Positions 12,521 through 26,117 of a DNA stretch of 64,000 nt are shown here, one piece after another (positions within the stretch are counted from its first letter, which is position 1; the number at the start of each line of letters is the position of its first letter). The notes beneath the pieces were generated by a model. It saw only the letters and a program-made list of their open reading frames with translations, was not told where the DNA came from and searched no databases. The translations under genes were made by a program, and so were the position numbers. Source of the DNA: Mobula hypostoma (lineage: Eukaryota); assembly GCF_963921235.1 (NCBI RefSeq), contig NC_086097.1, positions 54,190,001-54,254,000 on the forward strand. The letters are read 5' to 3'.

Positions 12521-14833
12521 CATAAGAACATGAGAAATAGGATCAGGAGTAGGCCATCTGGCCCATCGAATCTGCCCACCATTCAATAAGATCATGATGG
12601 CTGATTTGTCCGTAAACTCAGCTCCATCTGCCTGCCTTTTCCCCATAATCCCTAATTCCCTTACTATATAAAAACCTATCTAACTGTTTCTTAAATATAT
12701 TTAGTGAGGAAGCCTCAACTGGTTCCCTGGGCAGAGAATTCCACAGATTCACCACTCTCTGGGAAAAACAGTTTCTCCTCATCTCCGTCCTAAATCTTCT
12801 CCCCTGAATCTTGAGGCAATGTCCCCTAGTTCTAGTTTCACCTACCACTGGAAACAACTTTCCTACTTCTATCTTACCTATCCCTTTCAAAATTTTGTAT
12901 GTTTCTATAAGATGCCCTCTCATTCTTCTGAACTCCAGAGAGCATAGTCCTAGATGACTCAATCTCTCCTCATAGGTTAACCCCTTCATCTCTGGAATCA
13001 ACTTGGTGAACCTCCTCTGCACTGCCTCCAAAGCCAGTATATCCTTCCTCAAGTATGGAGACCAGAACTGCACACAGTACTCCAGGTGTGACCTCACCAG
13101 TACCCTGTATAGTTGCAGCATGACCTCCCTGCCTTGAATTCAATCCCTCTAGCAATGAAGACCAACATTCCATTTGCCTTCTTAATAACCTGTTGAACCT
13201 GCAAGCCAACTTTTTGCAATACATGAGCAAGCACTCCCAAGTCCCTCTGCACAACAGCATGCTGCAATCTTTCACCATTTAAATAATAATCTGCTCTTCT
13301 ATTATTCCTTCCAAAGTGGATGATCTCGCATTTACCGACGTTGTATTCCATCTGCCAGACCTTGGCCCACTCAATAACCTATCTATATCCCTCTGCAGAC
13401 TCTCCACATCCTCTGTATAATTTGCTTTTCTACTCAATTTAGTGTCATCAGCAAATTTTGCTACACTACACTCAGTCCCCTCTTCCAAATCATCAATGTA
13501 GATGGTTAACAGCTGCGGGCCCAGCACCGACCCCTGCGGCACCCCACTCACCACAGACTGCCAACCGGAAAAACACCCATTTATACCAACTCTCTGCCTT
13601 CTCTTGGTTAACCAATCCACTATCCATGCCAGTACACTTCCTCCGACTCCATGCATCCGTATCTTATTTTTAAGTCTCTTGTGTGGCACCTTATCGAACG
13701 CCTTCTGGAAATCCAAGTATATGACATCCACCTGTTTCCCCTCTATCCACTGCACTCATTATGTCCTCAAAGAACTCCAGTAAGTTTGTCAAACAGGACC
13801 TGCCCTTTTGAATCCATGCTGCGTCTGTCTCATGGAACCACTCCTTTCTAAATGTTTCGCTATTTCTTCCTTAAATACAGCTTCAAGCATTTTCCCGACT
13901 ACAGACATTAAGCTAACTGGCCCATCTTTTGCCTATACCCTTTTTTAAAAAGTGGCGTGACATTTGCTGTCTCCCAATCAGCTGGGACCTGCCCAGCGTC
14001 TAGAGAGTTTTGATAAATGATTACCAACGCATCAACTATAACCTCCGCCAATTCCCTCAGAACCCTGGGATGCATCCCATCAGGACTAGGGGACTTATCT
14101 ACCTTCAGGCCCTCTAGTTTGCTCGTCACTATCTCTTTTTAATGACAGTGATTTTATTGAGGTCCTCACCTCCCATTTCGTCCATAACATCCTTCTTCGA
14201 CATATTAGATATGTCCTCCACTGTGAAGTCCGACACAAAATAGTCGTTCAATGCCTCAGCCATTTCCTTATCACCCAATATCAATTTCCCCTTCTCGTTT
14301 TCCAAGGGACCTACGTTGACCTTAGCCACCCTCTTCTGCTTCATATATTTATAAAAACTTTTGCTATCTGCTGTTATATTTTGTGCTAATTTACTTTCAT
14401 ACTCTATCTTCCCTTTCTTTATTTCTTGTTTAGCTGTTCTCTGTTGCTTTTTAAAGTTTTCCCAATCCTCCAGTCTCCCACTACTCTTTGCGACTTTGTA
14501 CACGAGCTTTTAATTAGATACTATCTTTTATTTCCTTAGTTATCCAAGGCTGGTTCTCCCCACACTTACTGTCCTTACTTTTGACTGGAACGTACTTTTG
14601 TTGAGCACTGTGAAAAATCTCTTTGAAAATATTCCACTGTTCCTCAACTGTCCTACCAAATAGCCTGTGCTTCCAATCCACATTAGTCAACTCCTCCCTC
14701 ATCCTGTTGTAGTCTCCCTTGTTCAAGCATAATACGTTAGTTTTAGATCTATTTCATCCTCCATCTGAACACGAAATTCAATCATACTATGATCACTCTT
14801 TCCAAGAGGATCCCTGACTATAAGATCGTTAAT
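12521..14833 (-). mobile_element. CR1 LINE (5'-truncated ORF2 and 3' UTR)
   Basis: ORFs contain VDVIYLDFQKAFDKVPH, GVPQGSVLGP, KFADDTKL, HLEYCVQFWSP and FSQRVVNLWNSLP. Tail cataagaacat. Confidence 0.95.
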
Positions 14834-15361
14834 CTTCACCTCAGACGGTTGAAGAAGTTTGGTATGGGCCTCCAAATTTTAAGAACTTTCTACAGGGGCT
14901 CAATTGAGAGCATCCGGACTGGCTGCATCACTGCCTGGTATGGAGACTGTACTTCCCTCAATCGCAGGACTCTGCAGAGTGGTGTGGACAGCCCAGCACA
15001 CCTGTAGATGTGAACCTCCCACTATTCAGGACATTTACAAAGGCAGGTGTGTAAAAAGGGCTCGAAGAATCATTGGGGACCCAAGTCACCCCAACTACAA
15101 ACTGTTCCAGCTGCTACCATCCGGAAAACGGTACCAAAGCATAAAAGCCAGGACCAACAGGCTCCGGGACAGCTTCTTCCACCAGGCCATCAGACTGATT
15201 AATTCACACTGACACTACTGTATTTCTACGTTATATTGACTATCCTGTTGTACATACTATTTGTTATAAATTACGATAAATTGCACATAGACGGAGACGT
15301 AACATAAAGATTTTTATTCTTTATGTATATGAAGGATGTAAGTAATAAAGTCAATTCAATT
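14834..15361 (+). mobile_element. Rex1/Babar LINE 3' fragment, continuing 12480-12520 across the CR1 insertion
   Basis: HLRRLKKFGMG...LLPSGKRY..RLRDSFF. Highly similar to 3600-4130. The upstream VVKKAQQRL codons sit at about 12490-12520. Confidence 0.88.
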
Positions 15362-15689
15362 TGACTAATGAGCAGGTGTACAGGTATACCTAATAAAGTG
15401 GAAACTAAGTGTATGATTCAAGGTGATTAACTTTGCTTTTATCTGTTATTTGTAATGTTCAATTAAATGTTTTCCACTGTAATGTACAGTTGAGAAGTGT
15501 TACCATGATAATCATTAATATGGTTACTAAAATAAAATAATATAAATCATTTTCAGCAATAACGCAGGTTATTATAGAATCATTTTTCTAATTAATTCAG
15601 TTGGGCAAACAATAACAACTGGAGCTAGGTTAATGTACATTTATATGTGATGCTTTAATCTATCTTTTTTTTGGTTTTAATTCTATCAA

Positions 15690-16378
15690 ATCAACGCAGA
15701 TGGAGTTGGAGTGAGCAATTTGGTGAGGAGAAGTCAAGGCAGAGGAGTTTTGATGCCCGTCCAACTAACCTGGGTGTGAGGTTGGATCGATCTAAGTGCC
15801 AAGCCGATTTGGAGAGGCCAAGATCGGCTTCTTCAGCAGCAAAATCTAAGTCCGAAGCGAATTGTTGGGTGGCGTATTCTTGGCCCAGAGTGATTCACCG
15901 TGGCAGGGCTCGGGTTCTAATGAGAGGTATGATCCACTGTTTGTACAATTTAAATGCCAGCCCAGATAAACTGGAAAGACAGTGTGTCGAGAGTCAGGCC
16001 AATTTTGCTCGCTGTCCCGCGATGTTCGTTCCTCTCTCCGCGATGCAGAAGCTGTGAAACTTCCCCCAGCTGCTGTGCTTTGTGTCTGCAAACTTTGCGA
16101 TGATTTGCCCTGCTCATACAATGAACTGATACCAAGGCTTTGGGCCTACTCTGGGGATTTGGATCTAAGAGCTCAATTCGGTTCGGATTGCCATTGTTGT
16201 TCGCTTCCGTTGTTTGCATCATTTTGTGAGGTTTTCTTCACTTTCTCTGCGCTTGGGGGATGGGCTTTTTAAAATCTGGGTTCTTTCGGGTTTCTTGCTT
16301 TGTTTCTGCCTGTAAGCAGACACATCTCAAGGCTATATAATTTATACATTCTTTGATAATAAATGTACTTTGTACTTT
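15690..16378 (+). mobile_element. Non-autonomous element with a GC/CpG-rich body and a Rex1-type 3' tail
   Basis: The tail cctgtaag..atctcaagg..tttgataataaatgtacttt resembles Rex1-type tails at 36580-36655 and 59620-59700. No RT coding sequence. Confidence 0.5.
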
Positions 16379-19300
16379 ATTTCCTGTTAATAGTTGTTAA
16401 TTTCCTCAGACCTTATTACTGAATATACTCTGTATTACTCCATTTTACTGGAGCGAAAAATTGCCTTGATTACAAAAATATATATCAAATTAAATGCAGA
16501 AACAACATTAATAATTATATTATCTAAATGGAATGTAAATTAAGTACTGAAATTGTTAACGTGATAGAATTTCACAGTTAATAGACCAAATTAATATTTC
16601 ACAAACTTTGAGAAAAGTGGGATTCTACACTTTAACATGCAAGAAACATGTGGGTCTCTGACTTCTTACAGAGCAGAAATTTATGCTCCAGATGGAAAAA
16701 TAACAGAATTGTCGGAGATGTATATATATTTATATACACAGAGAGAGAGAGAGAGCTTCTGAAACTGAAAATAAAGCGATTACAGCATCAGACAAGCAGC
16801 CTAGAACATCCTGGGATCTCTAATAATAAGTCAAACACTGATCCATGACATGCTACTTAATGTTTTGGTCATGGCAAACTGCTCAGAGATTCATTGGTGC
16901 TCAAAGCCTAATGTTTCAACATTGCTGAGTCTAGCCTGCTCCAAGAAAGGTCTTTACCTTGTATGAAGTTCTAAGGGATTACCAGTGGTTTTGGGGCAGG
17001 GGGTGTAGAAGCCTGGGTGGAAAAGAGTGGTAGATTTGAAGGTGCACAGGGAGAACAGGGCAGAAGTTGGCACGGGCAGTTGGGCCTGCAATGGCAGGTC
17101 GGCAATGTAGTTTTGGTGAGCTGGGGGACTGCAATCAGCAGCAGTTACAAGGAAATGGTCTTGATGACTGACTGGGTTGGGGAGGCTAATATTGGGGAAG
17201 CTGTGGTGGGACTTACTTGGTCGTCAGTACTTGAAGAGTCAGATCTGGTTAATGGTTGAGTCAGTCAGTGGGTGAGGTGAATGGAATGACCAGAAAGCTT
17301 GGGGTGCTCATAGGTGACTTCATTATGTGGAGCTTGAGGCCTCATGGAGTGTGAGTATGTAAGTACAATAAAGATCACTAATCTGCATCAGCAACCACTG
17401 TCAGGCTAGTTCCTGTTCCCTTACTCAGAACCTGAAAGAATTATTTTGAAATCCCATCACTGCCTAGAACATCCCTGGAAGTTAAATTTGCAGTGTAACT
17501 TCTTTTAAACTGTCAGCCTAGTCAGTTCTATGGTTGAGAAATGTATAAAGACCAGCTTAGCAAATGGAATATGTGTCTGCTTTCATAGGCAATAAAAGAC
17601 TGGAGAAGAGCAGAGCTGTCAATCTAGTTAAGGTTTCAGAAATATCAAAAAATCCTAGACCAGACTCTACAGAAATAAAGACATTCTTCCCAGTGTTAAA
17701 ACAAAAACATTTTTTTGTTTGGTGTGCCTCCTTGTATTGGAGAATCCCACTTTTACAACCTCCAACATTTACAGATGCATGGTTTTGAAACTTGTCTCGC
17801 AATAGTAGTGGACCTGTACAGATGCCTTATAATCATTCACACTAACTTGGTTTAAATATGACCTTAGCTCTCCTTGCATCCTGACTAACTGCACCAGATG
17901 GATAACAGACACTTTCAACTGTACATCAAAATAAAGTTCAATACACTCACGGAAATAAACATTCAGTCAGCTTCTGATAGTGTATGTCAACTGGAAGAGT
18001 ATAATCCATAAACACAGGCTAAAAAGCGAACAGGTGCAAACAGAGACAGTATCACTCAAAGGAAAAGTACAATATGCCAATAATGAACAGCCTTGTTTTC
18101 CCTTGTGAAAATAAATCAAGTACTTAAAATATCTTGATATCATTATAAAAGGTATTTAACGTCAGGTTTTTAACCCAAATATTTAAAATATACTTGGGAT
18201 TATATTCTCTTCATAGCTCATTATATCAATCATACCAGAAATGTCAGAAGTTTAATGCATGATCTGTGTTTGGCGAACTGATTGCTATAGTCAAGATTTG
18301 TATTACTGAATCTGTAATCCAGAGGCCTGTAATAATCATACAAGGGGATGTGTTTAAATGCTGCCAAGGCAGCGTAACAATTTTTAAAAAATCTGTAAGA
18401 GATGTTACCAGCATTAAATATTATGATGCTATCAAAATGTCATTCCTAATTAGACCACTAATGTCCTGGTCAGTTCATTTACATCCATTAGGAAAGGAAG
18501 CTTATTTTTCTCATTTGGTTTGGCCAGTGTGTGACTTAAGCCTCCTATTAACATGGCTGACTTGAAGAGAGGAGTGTTAAAAGTCGACCACATTGATATG
18601 GAACGAGCAAGCCCTTCTGGTGGTTCGCCTCATCATCTTTTCCACTCAACCGAACTCGTCTTGCTTCCCGCTCCCAGTGTCTGAAAACAAATATTTACAA
18701 GTTGGCACACTTGATACTCACCACACCCCATTCTCACCTGCCCCCAGCTGTCCCCTCCTGCTGTTGACTTAGGAATATCAACCAAAAAGTATGTACCCCA
18801 ATGGTGGTTGAGAAGACCTGTAAAAATGGAGCAACCTCCGGAACTCTTAACAAAGAATGGTCACTTGAATGAAATAATGCACTTGACATTGCATTCCACA
18901 AAATATTTGGGGGGGGGGCTAAAATAAAAGTGATGCATAATTTTTCTAGGTTTGGTCCGTGTGCTGCTAAGTGGGATGGGCATTTGCTAGTCATCGTGCA
19001 CATAGTGGACTGAGATTCTGCTTCTGTGAAGTATGATTGTATGAATCAAAATCCTACGTAATATTGTTGCAGAAAGGCATGTGGTAATTGGCCTAGAATT
19101 ACAAGACTGTTGGGCTTTCCCACTAATTATTGTAGATGAAAACTGCAGTTTCTGGTGTTGTAGTTTAAATTCTAGAGAAGGTGGGGGAGAGATAGATAGA
19201 AGAAAGAGAATATCACTGACAGAGTGATTTTACGGGGGAATTAGTTGTAGAGGTGAACTGGTTGATAGGGGCAGTTAGAGGGGCATTAAGTTGCACTTAA

Positions 19301-19929
19301 TAGCAATAATAGGTTCTATATAAATGAAAGTTCTTTTTACCACAGAGGTTAACAAGCTTCCTTGCCAAAATCTGAGTTAGGCTTCATAGTTTAACTATAT
19401 AATACCACTTAACCCAAGTAAAACTTGTCTCATTAGATACCATTCATTAATAAATCAATGTAAATTTTAAAAATTTCAACTATTTTGGGTAATGAACCTG
19501 GCCAGGTGACCGGCTTTTCAAAGGGTGAGCAGTTTGGGAACAATGATCACAACTCCTTCTGTTCTAAGATAGCTATATATAAGGGTAAGTATAGACCTTG
19601 TGAGAGAGTATTAAAATGGACCAGGGCAAATTACGAGAGCATTAAACAGGAACTAGGGAGAGTTAATTGGGAAGAGTTGTCTTTGGCAAGTCCACACCTG
19701 ACAATGGGAAGGGTACTTAAAGACCAGCTGCATAGAGTACAGGAAACGTACGTTCCAGCCAAAAGGAAGAACAAGGATGACAAGGTAAAGAGAACTTTGC
19801 ATGTTGAGGGAGGTGATGAATTTAGTCAACAAAAAGGAAAAGTATGCAAGGCTTAGGAAGCTAGAATCAAACAGAGCCTTGGAGCTTTATAAAGAAGTCA
19901 GAAAATAACTCAAGAAGGGAACGAGGAAA

Positions 19930-20143
19930 AACATCGAAAACGCTGGAGGAACTCAGCAGGTCAGGCAGCACCAGTGGGAATGAATAAACAGTGGACATTT
20001 CAGTGCCCGAATGCAGGGTCTCGACCCGAAATGTCAACTCTTTATTCATTTCCATAGATGTTGCCTGATCTGTTGAATTCCTCCAGCATTTTGTTTGCTT
20101 TGCCTTGGATTTTCAGCATCTGCCGATTTCCTCATGTTATTAC
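19930..20143. mobile_element. Penelope-derived inverted pLTR insert
   Basis: Imperfect inverted arms (aaaacgctggaggaactcagcagg... / ...ctgttgaattcctccagcatttt). Degenerate TSD ggaacgaggaaa (19918-19929) and ggaatgaagaaa (20144-20155). Confidence 0.75.
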
Positions 20144-20186
20144 GGAATGAAGAAAGCTAAGAGTAGCCATGAAAAGTTCTTGGCAA

Positions 20187-20451
20187 CACACATCAAAGTT
20201 GCTGGTGAACGCAGCAGGCCAGGCAACATCTGTAGGAAGATGTACAGTCGACGTTTCGGGCCGAGACCCTTCGTCAGGCCTAACTGAAGGAAGAGCTAGT
20301 AAGAGATTTGAAAGTGGGAGGAGGAGGGGGAGATCCAAAATGATAGGAGAAGACTGTACCTCTTCCTAGAGATGCTGCCCGGCCTGCTGCGTTCACCAGC
20401 AACTTTGATGTGTGCTGCTTGAATTTCCAGCATCTGCAGATTTCCTCGTGT
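20187..20451. mobile_element. Penelope-derived inverted pLTR insert with 15-bp TSD
   Basis: Exact TSD AAAAGTTCTTGGCAA (20172-20186 and 20452-20466), inverted arms, and a hammerhead on the minus strand. Confidence 0.9.
20246..20281 (-). ncRNA. Minimal hammerhead ribozyme motif
   Basis: Minus strand reads aggc-CTGACGA-A-GGGT-ctcg-GCCC-GAAACGTC-gact. Confidence 0.7.
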
Positions 20452-21456
20452 AAAAGTTCTTGGCAAGTAGGATTAAAGAGGTATTCTATACATACATAGG
20501 GAGCAAGAGGACAACTAGGGAGAGGGTATGATCACTCAAGATTGAAGGGGGAACATTTGTTTGTGTGCAGAGGATATGTATAAAGTTCTTAATGAGCATT
20601 TTACATCAGTATTTACCAAGGAGAAGGATGTGGAGGACAGGGAGATCAGTGCCAATCATAGTAATATGCTAGAGCATTTTGAAGTAAAGGCATAAGTAAT
20701 ATTAGGTCTTTTAAAGAGCATTAAAGTGGATTAGTCCCTGGGAACTTATGGGATATACCCCAGGTAATTGAGAAAGTAAAGTAAAGAGATTGGGGCCTTG
20801 ATCAATATCTTTGTGTCCTGTCTAGCCACAGTTGAGGTCCCATAGGACTGGTGAGTGGCTAATGCTGCTCCACTGTTCAAGAAAGGAACCAGGGATAATC
20901 CAGGAAACTCTAGACTGCTGAGTTCCATGACAGCAGTGGTCGGGAAGTTACTGGAGAAAATTCTTACGGATAGGATTTATGTGGATTTGGAAAACCATGG
21001 TGCAATTAGATTGGGCCAGCATGGCTTTTGTGGGGCAAGTCGTGTCTTACTAACTTGATTGAGTTTTTTGAAGAGGTAACGAGGGTGATTGATGAAGGTA
21101 GAGCTGTGGATGTTAGTCTACATGGATTTTTGTAAGGTGTGTGACAAGATCCCTCTTGGGAGGTTCGTCCAGAAGATTAAGATGCATGGGATTAGCTGTT
21201 TGGATTCAGAACTGACATTCCCATAGAAGACAGAGGGTGGTGGTCGAAGGGATTTTTTTCCAGCTGGGGGTCTGTGATTAGTGGTGTTCTGCAGGAATCT
21301 GTACTGGGACCTCCACTGCTTATGATTTATATAAATGGCCTGGATGAAAATGCAGGTGGGTTGATTAGTTAGTTTGCAGTTGATACAAAGGTTGGTGATG
21401 TTGAAGATAGTGTAGATGACTGGCGAAGAAAACAGCGGGATATAGATCAGTTGCAG

Positions 21457-22307
21457 GAATGAGGAATGAGATATACCAACTAGTGGAGTGGTGCCACAGC
21501 GACAACCTGGCAATCAACGTCAGTTAAACAAAAGAGCTGATTGTGGACTTCAGGAAGGGTAAGACGAAGGAGCACACACCAATCCTCATAGAGGGATCAG
21601 AAGTGGAGAGAGTGAGCAGCTTCAAGTTCCTCGGTGTCAAGATCTCTGAGGATCTAACTTGGTCCCACCATATCGATGTAGTTATAAAGAAGGCAAGACA
21701 GCGGCTATACTTTATTAGGAGTTTGAAGGGATTTGGCATGTTAACAAGTACACTCATGAACTTCTATAGTTGTACCATGGAGAGCATTCTGACAGGCTGC
21801 ATCACTGTCTGGTATGGAGGGGCTACTGCACGGACCGAAAGAAGCTGCAGAAGGTTGTAAATCTAGTCAACTCCATCTTGGGGCTACAAAGTACCCAGGA
21901 CATCTTTAAGGAGCTGTGTCTCAGAAAGGTAGTGTCCATTATTAAGGACCTCCAGCACCCAGGGCATGCCCTTTTCTCACTGTTACCATCAGGTAGGAGG
22001 TACAGAAGCCTGAAGTCACACACTCAGCGATTCAGGAACAGCTTCTTCCCCTCTGCCATCCGATTCCTAAATGAACATTGAAGCTTTGGACACTACCTCA
22101 CTTGTTTTAATATACAGTATTTCTGTTTTCGCACATTTTTAAAAATCTATTCAATAGAAATAATTGATTTACTTGTTTATTTATTATTGTTTTATGTTAT
22201 TTATTATTTTTTTCTCTGCTAGATTACGTATTGCATTGGACTGCTGCTGCTAAGTTAACAAATTTCACGTCACATGTCGGTGATAATAAACCTGATTCTG
22301 ATTCTGA
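21457..22307 (+). mobile_element. Rex1/Babar LINE 3' fragment inserted in CR1
   Basis: DFRKGKTKEHTPILIEG..FKFLGV..LLPSGRRYRSL, a (CTGATT)n tail, and a 5-bp flanking repeat TGCAG (21452-21456 and 22308-22312). Confidence 0.9.
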
Positions 22308-25300
22308 TGCAGATATGGGCGGAGAAATGGCAGATGGAGTTTAACCCAGCTAAATGTGAAGGGTTGTACTTTGGTAGGTCAAATGTAAAAAGACAGTACA
22401 CTGTTAAGCACAAGAACCCTGATGAGCAGAGGGATCTTGGGATCCAAGCTCATAGCTCCCCAAAAGTAGCTGCATAAGTTGATACAGTGGTTAAGAAGGC
22501 ATAAGCTGTGTTTACCTTCAATAGTTGAAGCTCTGAGTTCAAGAGTCAGTAAGTTATGTTGCAGCTTTAAAAGCTCTAGTTAGGCCACATCTGGAGTATT
22601 GTATACATTTCTGGTCACCTGACTATAGGAAAGATGTCAAGGCTTTGTAGAGAATGCTGAAGAGATTTACTAGGATGCTACCTGGATTAGAGCACATGTG
22701 CTATGGTGAGAAGGTGGACAAACCTGGGTTGTTTTCTCTGGAGCAGCTGAGGCTGAGGGAAGATCTGATAGAAGTTTATAACATAGATAGAGAAGAAGGA
22801 CTGTATCTTTTTCCAGGGTTGAAATATCTAATACCAGAGGTGAGAGGGGTTAATTTTAAAGGACATGTGAGAGACAAGACTTTTTTACACAGACAGTGGT
22901 GAGTGCATAGAATGCACTGCCTGGGGTGGTATTTGAGACAGATACATTAGGGACTTTTAAGAGACATTTAGATAGGCTCACAAATGTATGGAAAATGGAA
23001 GGATATGGATTTTGTACAGGCAGGGGAGATTGATTTATTTGGTGATTTGATTACTAATTTATTTGGTCCAGCACAACATTGTGGGCCAAAAGGCCTGCTC
23101 CTGTACTGTACCGTTCTGTGTTCTATTTTTAAAATAAAATTTATCAAAGCTTGCAAACAGCTTCATTTTCTAATTCACCAAACAAATCAGAGTTTCAAAG
23201 CATCACAAAATGATTTTTTTTAACACAGGAAATAACCATGTCTTGCCATTTAACAAGTCAGTATCAGATATCATTTTACCCCTTTTCCTTCATGCATTTA
23301 CATTAGTTATTAAATTAACTGATACAAAAAGCAAGGTAAATATTGAAAGGAGAACATTAGTCCAGATCAGAAATGGTATCGTTCTGCCTTTTCTGCTGTT
23401 TTAGGAGTTTCTCAACCCTAATTGAAACAGGGTGAGTTGAAAGGCTGTTACTGCGTTAGTTGGTTTTAGTTTGCATCCCTTTAATAAGATAACCAACAAA
23501 ATCTGTTGAAAAGCACATGTTGCTGAAGTTTCTGCCTGGGGCAGCACAGGAGTGCAGTGCAGACCCTACCTCCTGCCTTCGGACGGAGATCACAGATTAA
23601 AGCATCAGAGCTCTTTGTCACTCATCTGATGTTTCAACTAACTGATTTTCATCGGTTCCGGTGCTAAGTGGAAGTGCCACGTGGATGCAAGACATATCTA
23701 AGAGATGAAAACTGATATTGTTCAGCATATCTCATCTAAAGAATTTGTTTGGATAGCTAATCAACATTCCCTTACCATTAACCATTCGGGCTTTAAATAG
23801 TGGTGAATTTAGTAAAGGTAGCCGATCAATGATCACTCCATTAACTGTGCAAACTTTAAATAATTGCGAATTTAGTAATAGGAGAGGAAACAGGAAGACA
23901 TGCTCAGAAGTTGGAGTTCAGACCATCTCTCACAGAGAGTGGGTGCTGCATGTGACGTTAGTGTCTAGTTGGGTGAGCACCCCGCACCCGAGAACTGTGT
24001 AACTGGCAACATAGTTATTAATTGGTAAGGTAGTTCGCCAAGTTTTCTTTCACACTTCTGCAGTTTCTTGCACAGTTCCCAATGGTAATGCCTTTAAGGA
24101 GGCTGCAGCTCCACATCACTGACACTGTGAAGTGTTAGAAGGCTGACCGAGGTGTAAAGAATCTTCCTCCATGGCAGGCTACAGCGAGGACAACCATAGA
24201 GGACAGGTAAAGTGAGGGGGAGGGGAGACATGTGTCCGGAAAACTCCATCCATCACGTCATAATCTCATGCACAGTTCAAGTCCTACGCCATGAGCCCCA
24301 CACACTGTGAAGCCTAGGTTCCTTAAGCGTGCATCTGTTCATAAAAGGGAAGCTATTAGTCAGGGGGGTGCCCAGCAATAGGGATAAGCTGATGAATAGA
24401 AACTGGAGCAGTCTGATGCAGAAAGCAATATATTATGGAATTATACCTCCTTGCCAATCTTCAGTGGGGAACGCTCTTTGTTCTTCTGTAAGCTATAAAC
24501 ACAGATCATGATTGTACCATTATCGTCCAACTTCTATCAGAAAACATGGATATAGGCACTGCTCACCCAATGACATCATTAACTGTGGAAATGACACCAG
24601 GCAAATGTCAACAATACCAAGGGCATTCAAGCCTGTAAATGCCTGAGCCAATTACCTAACAGTAAACAAATTGATCGCCAGAACCAGGGCATTAAATGGC
24701 CTTTATATGTCACAAGCTTGCAAAAACAGAGGAAATGACTCCAATTTCTAGGTAAAGGTGCTTCACTTTTTTAAAAAAAGTCTGACTATAAAATGTTCTT
24801 CAAACAAAATAATTTCTGTCTGCAATTAAATTAATGCATTAGAAGAACATATAAAAGAGATGCTTGGATATTTTGAAGATGTGGGTGGTCTGTGCAGATT
24901 GGTGTTCCAAGCATATCAGCCCACAGATAAAAACAAACCAGAATTGACCTGTTGTTCAAGACTTTAAAGCATAAAGCTTAACATATGTACAAATTAAATT
25001 ACATACTGTATATAAGTTTTCACAAGCTACTGAACCTCTTTACTTCCTATATTGTTATTGGCCCTGCTTACAATTCGTTTTTGGATTTCCTGTTTAATCC
25101 TGAAAGGCCTGTTCTCATTGTTTACGTCTCTTAGGAGAAACAAATGGCTTAACCTTTTAAATGCTGACACAAATATTATTTCATTTAACTTAATATTCCA
25201 AAGTTTAACTTAATATCTTAAAGTAACTTAAGATTTCTCTCACTTAAATCCAATAAGCATCCTTTTTTTCGTAAACATGTTCAATCAAAATATTTAAAAT

Positions 25301-26117
25301 GTTCTGCCGAGAAAGATGCTCAATTTCTGACCTAATTAAAGAGTTTGAAATGCTGGGTGTCCTGTGAAGTATCTATGTCGAGATGAAATGGTAAACAACA
25401 ATCATTCAGACCTTTATACCATGAAAAGTAATCGGAAAATTCCTGAAAGCGGCTTCCTGCAGGGGACTCCTCTGACACTAACCAGCTCCCACTGACTGGA
25501 AATAGCCACTTGAGAAACTATCACTTCCTTTACTTATCAACTTCTGAAGAAACAAACCTACATAAAGAAAAATTACTTAAATGCCTGATCTAGCTCCTTA
25601 CACTTAAACTGTGTACACTGCTGTTTACACTTTACACAAACAATGGCACGTCTTTCATGTAATGCATAGACTGAGGGCTGCAGGATTCATGCTCTCAACT
25701 TCAATTTATTCAGGAGATTTTGTGTGTGTGCTCTGCTCACTTTGAAGGATTCCAACTAGTAACAACTGATTTTCTCAAGTGCAATTCATTATTTGAAAAC
25801 ATGGTTTCAATTTCAGTTACCTGCATTTCAAAATACTTGCTCTGAAATACTTTTATTTTCCCCATTTCCAATTCTGATTCATAGATGCGTGATTCTACAG
25901 TGGCAATATTTTTAGCCAAGTGACAATCTCTATGTGTAAACCTAACAGCAAACATTGCCAAACCTTTCAGTGTGAGGGATAATTGTCGTCAAGCCTGCTC
26001 TTGCCCTCATTTGCACACATGGAATCCTTCCAGTTTAGGTTACTAATTATACATCAGAAACAGGAACCCAGCTAATTTGCTTCTCCATTGCAAACAAGAC
26101 CAATTTGTGAGAACGAA

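Larger units (their letters stand above)
11354..15411. mobile_element. Tc1/mariner-derived element whose ends are separated by nested LINE insertions
   Basis: Left TIR ccccagtgaccactttattagg (about 11354-11376) and right TIR cctaataaagtggaaactaagtg+TA (15389-15413). Internal Tc1-like remnant at 11380-11630. Confidence 0.7.
19485..23125 (+). mobile_element. CR1 LINE remnant with three nested insertions
   Basis: NEPGQV..DHNS, WTRANYE, PLFKKG.RDNPGN, WAEKWQMEFNPAKC and RFTRMLPGL motifs. 3' tail near 23100-23125. Confidence 0.88.

Noticed and set aside
18650..18817. Minus-strand exon-like pair (18738-18817, plus an acceptor at 18681)
   Set aside because: The implied intron is only 57 nt and no reading frame gives a recognisable peptide.
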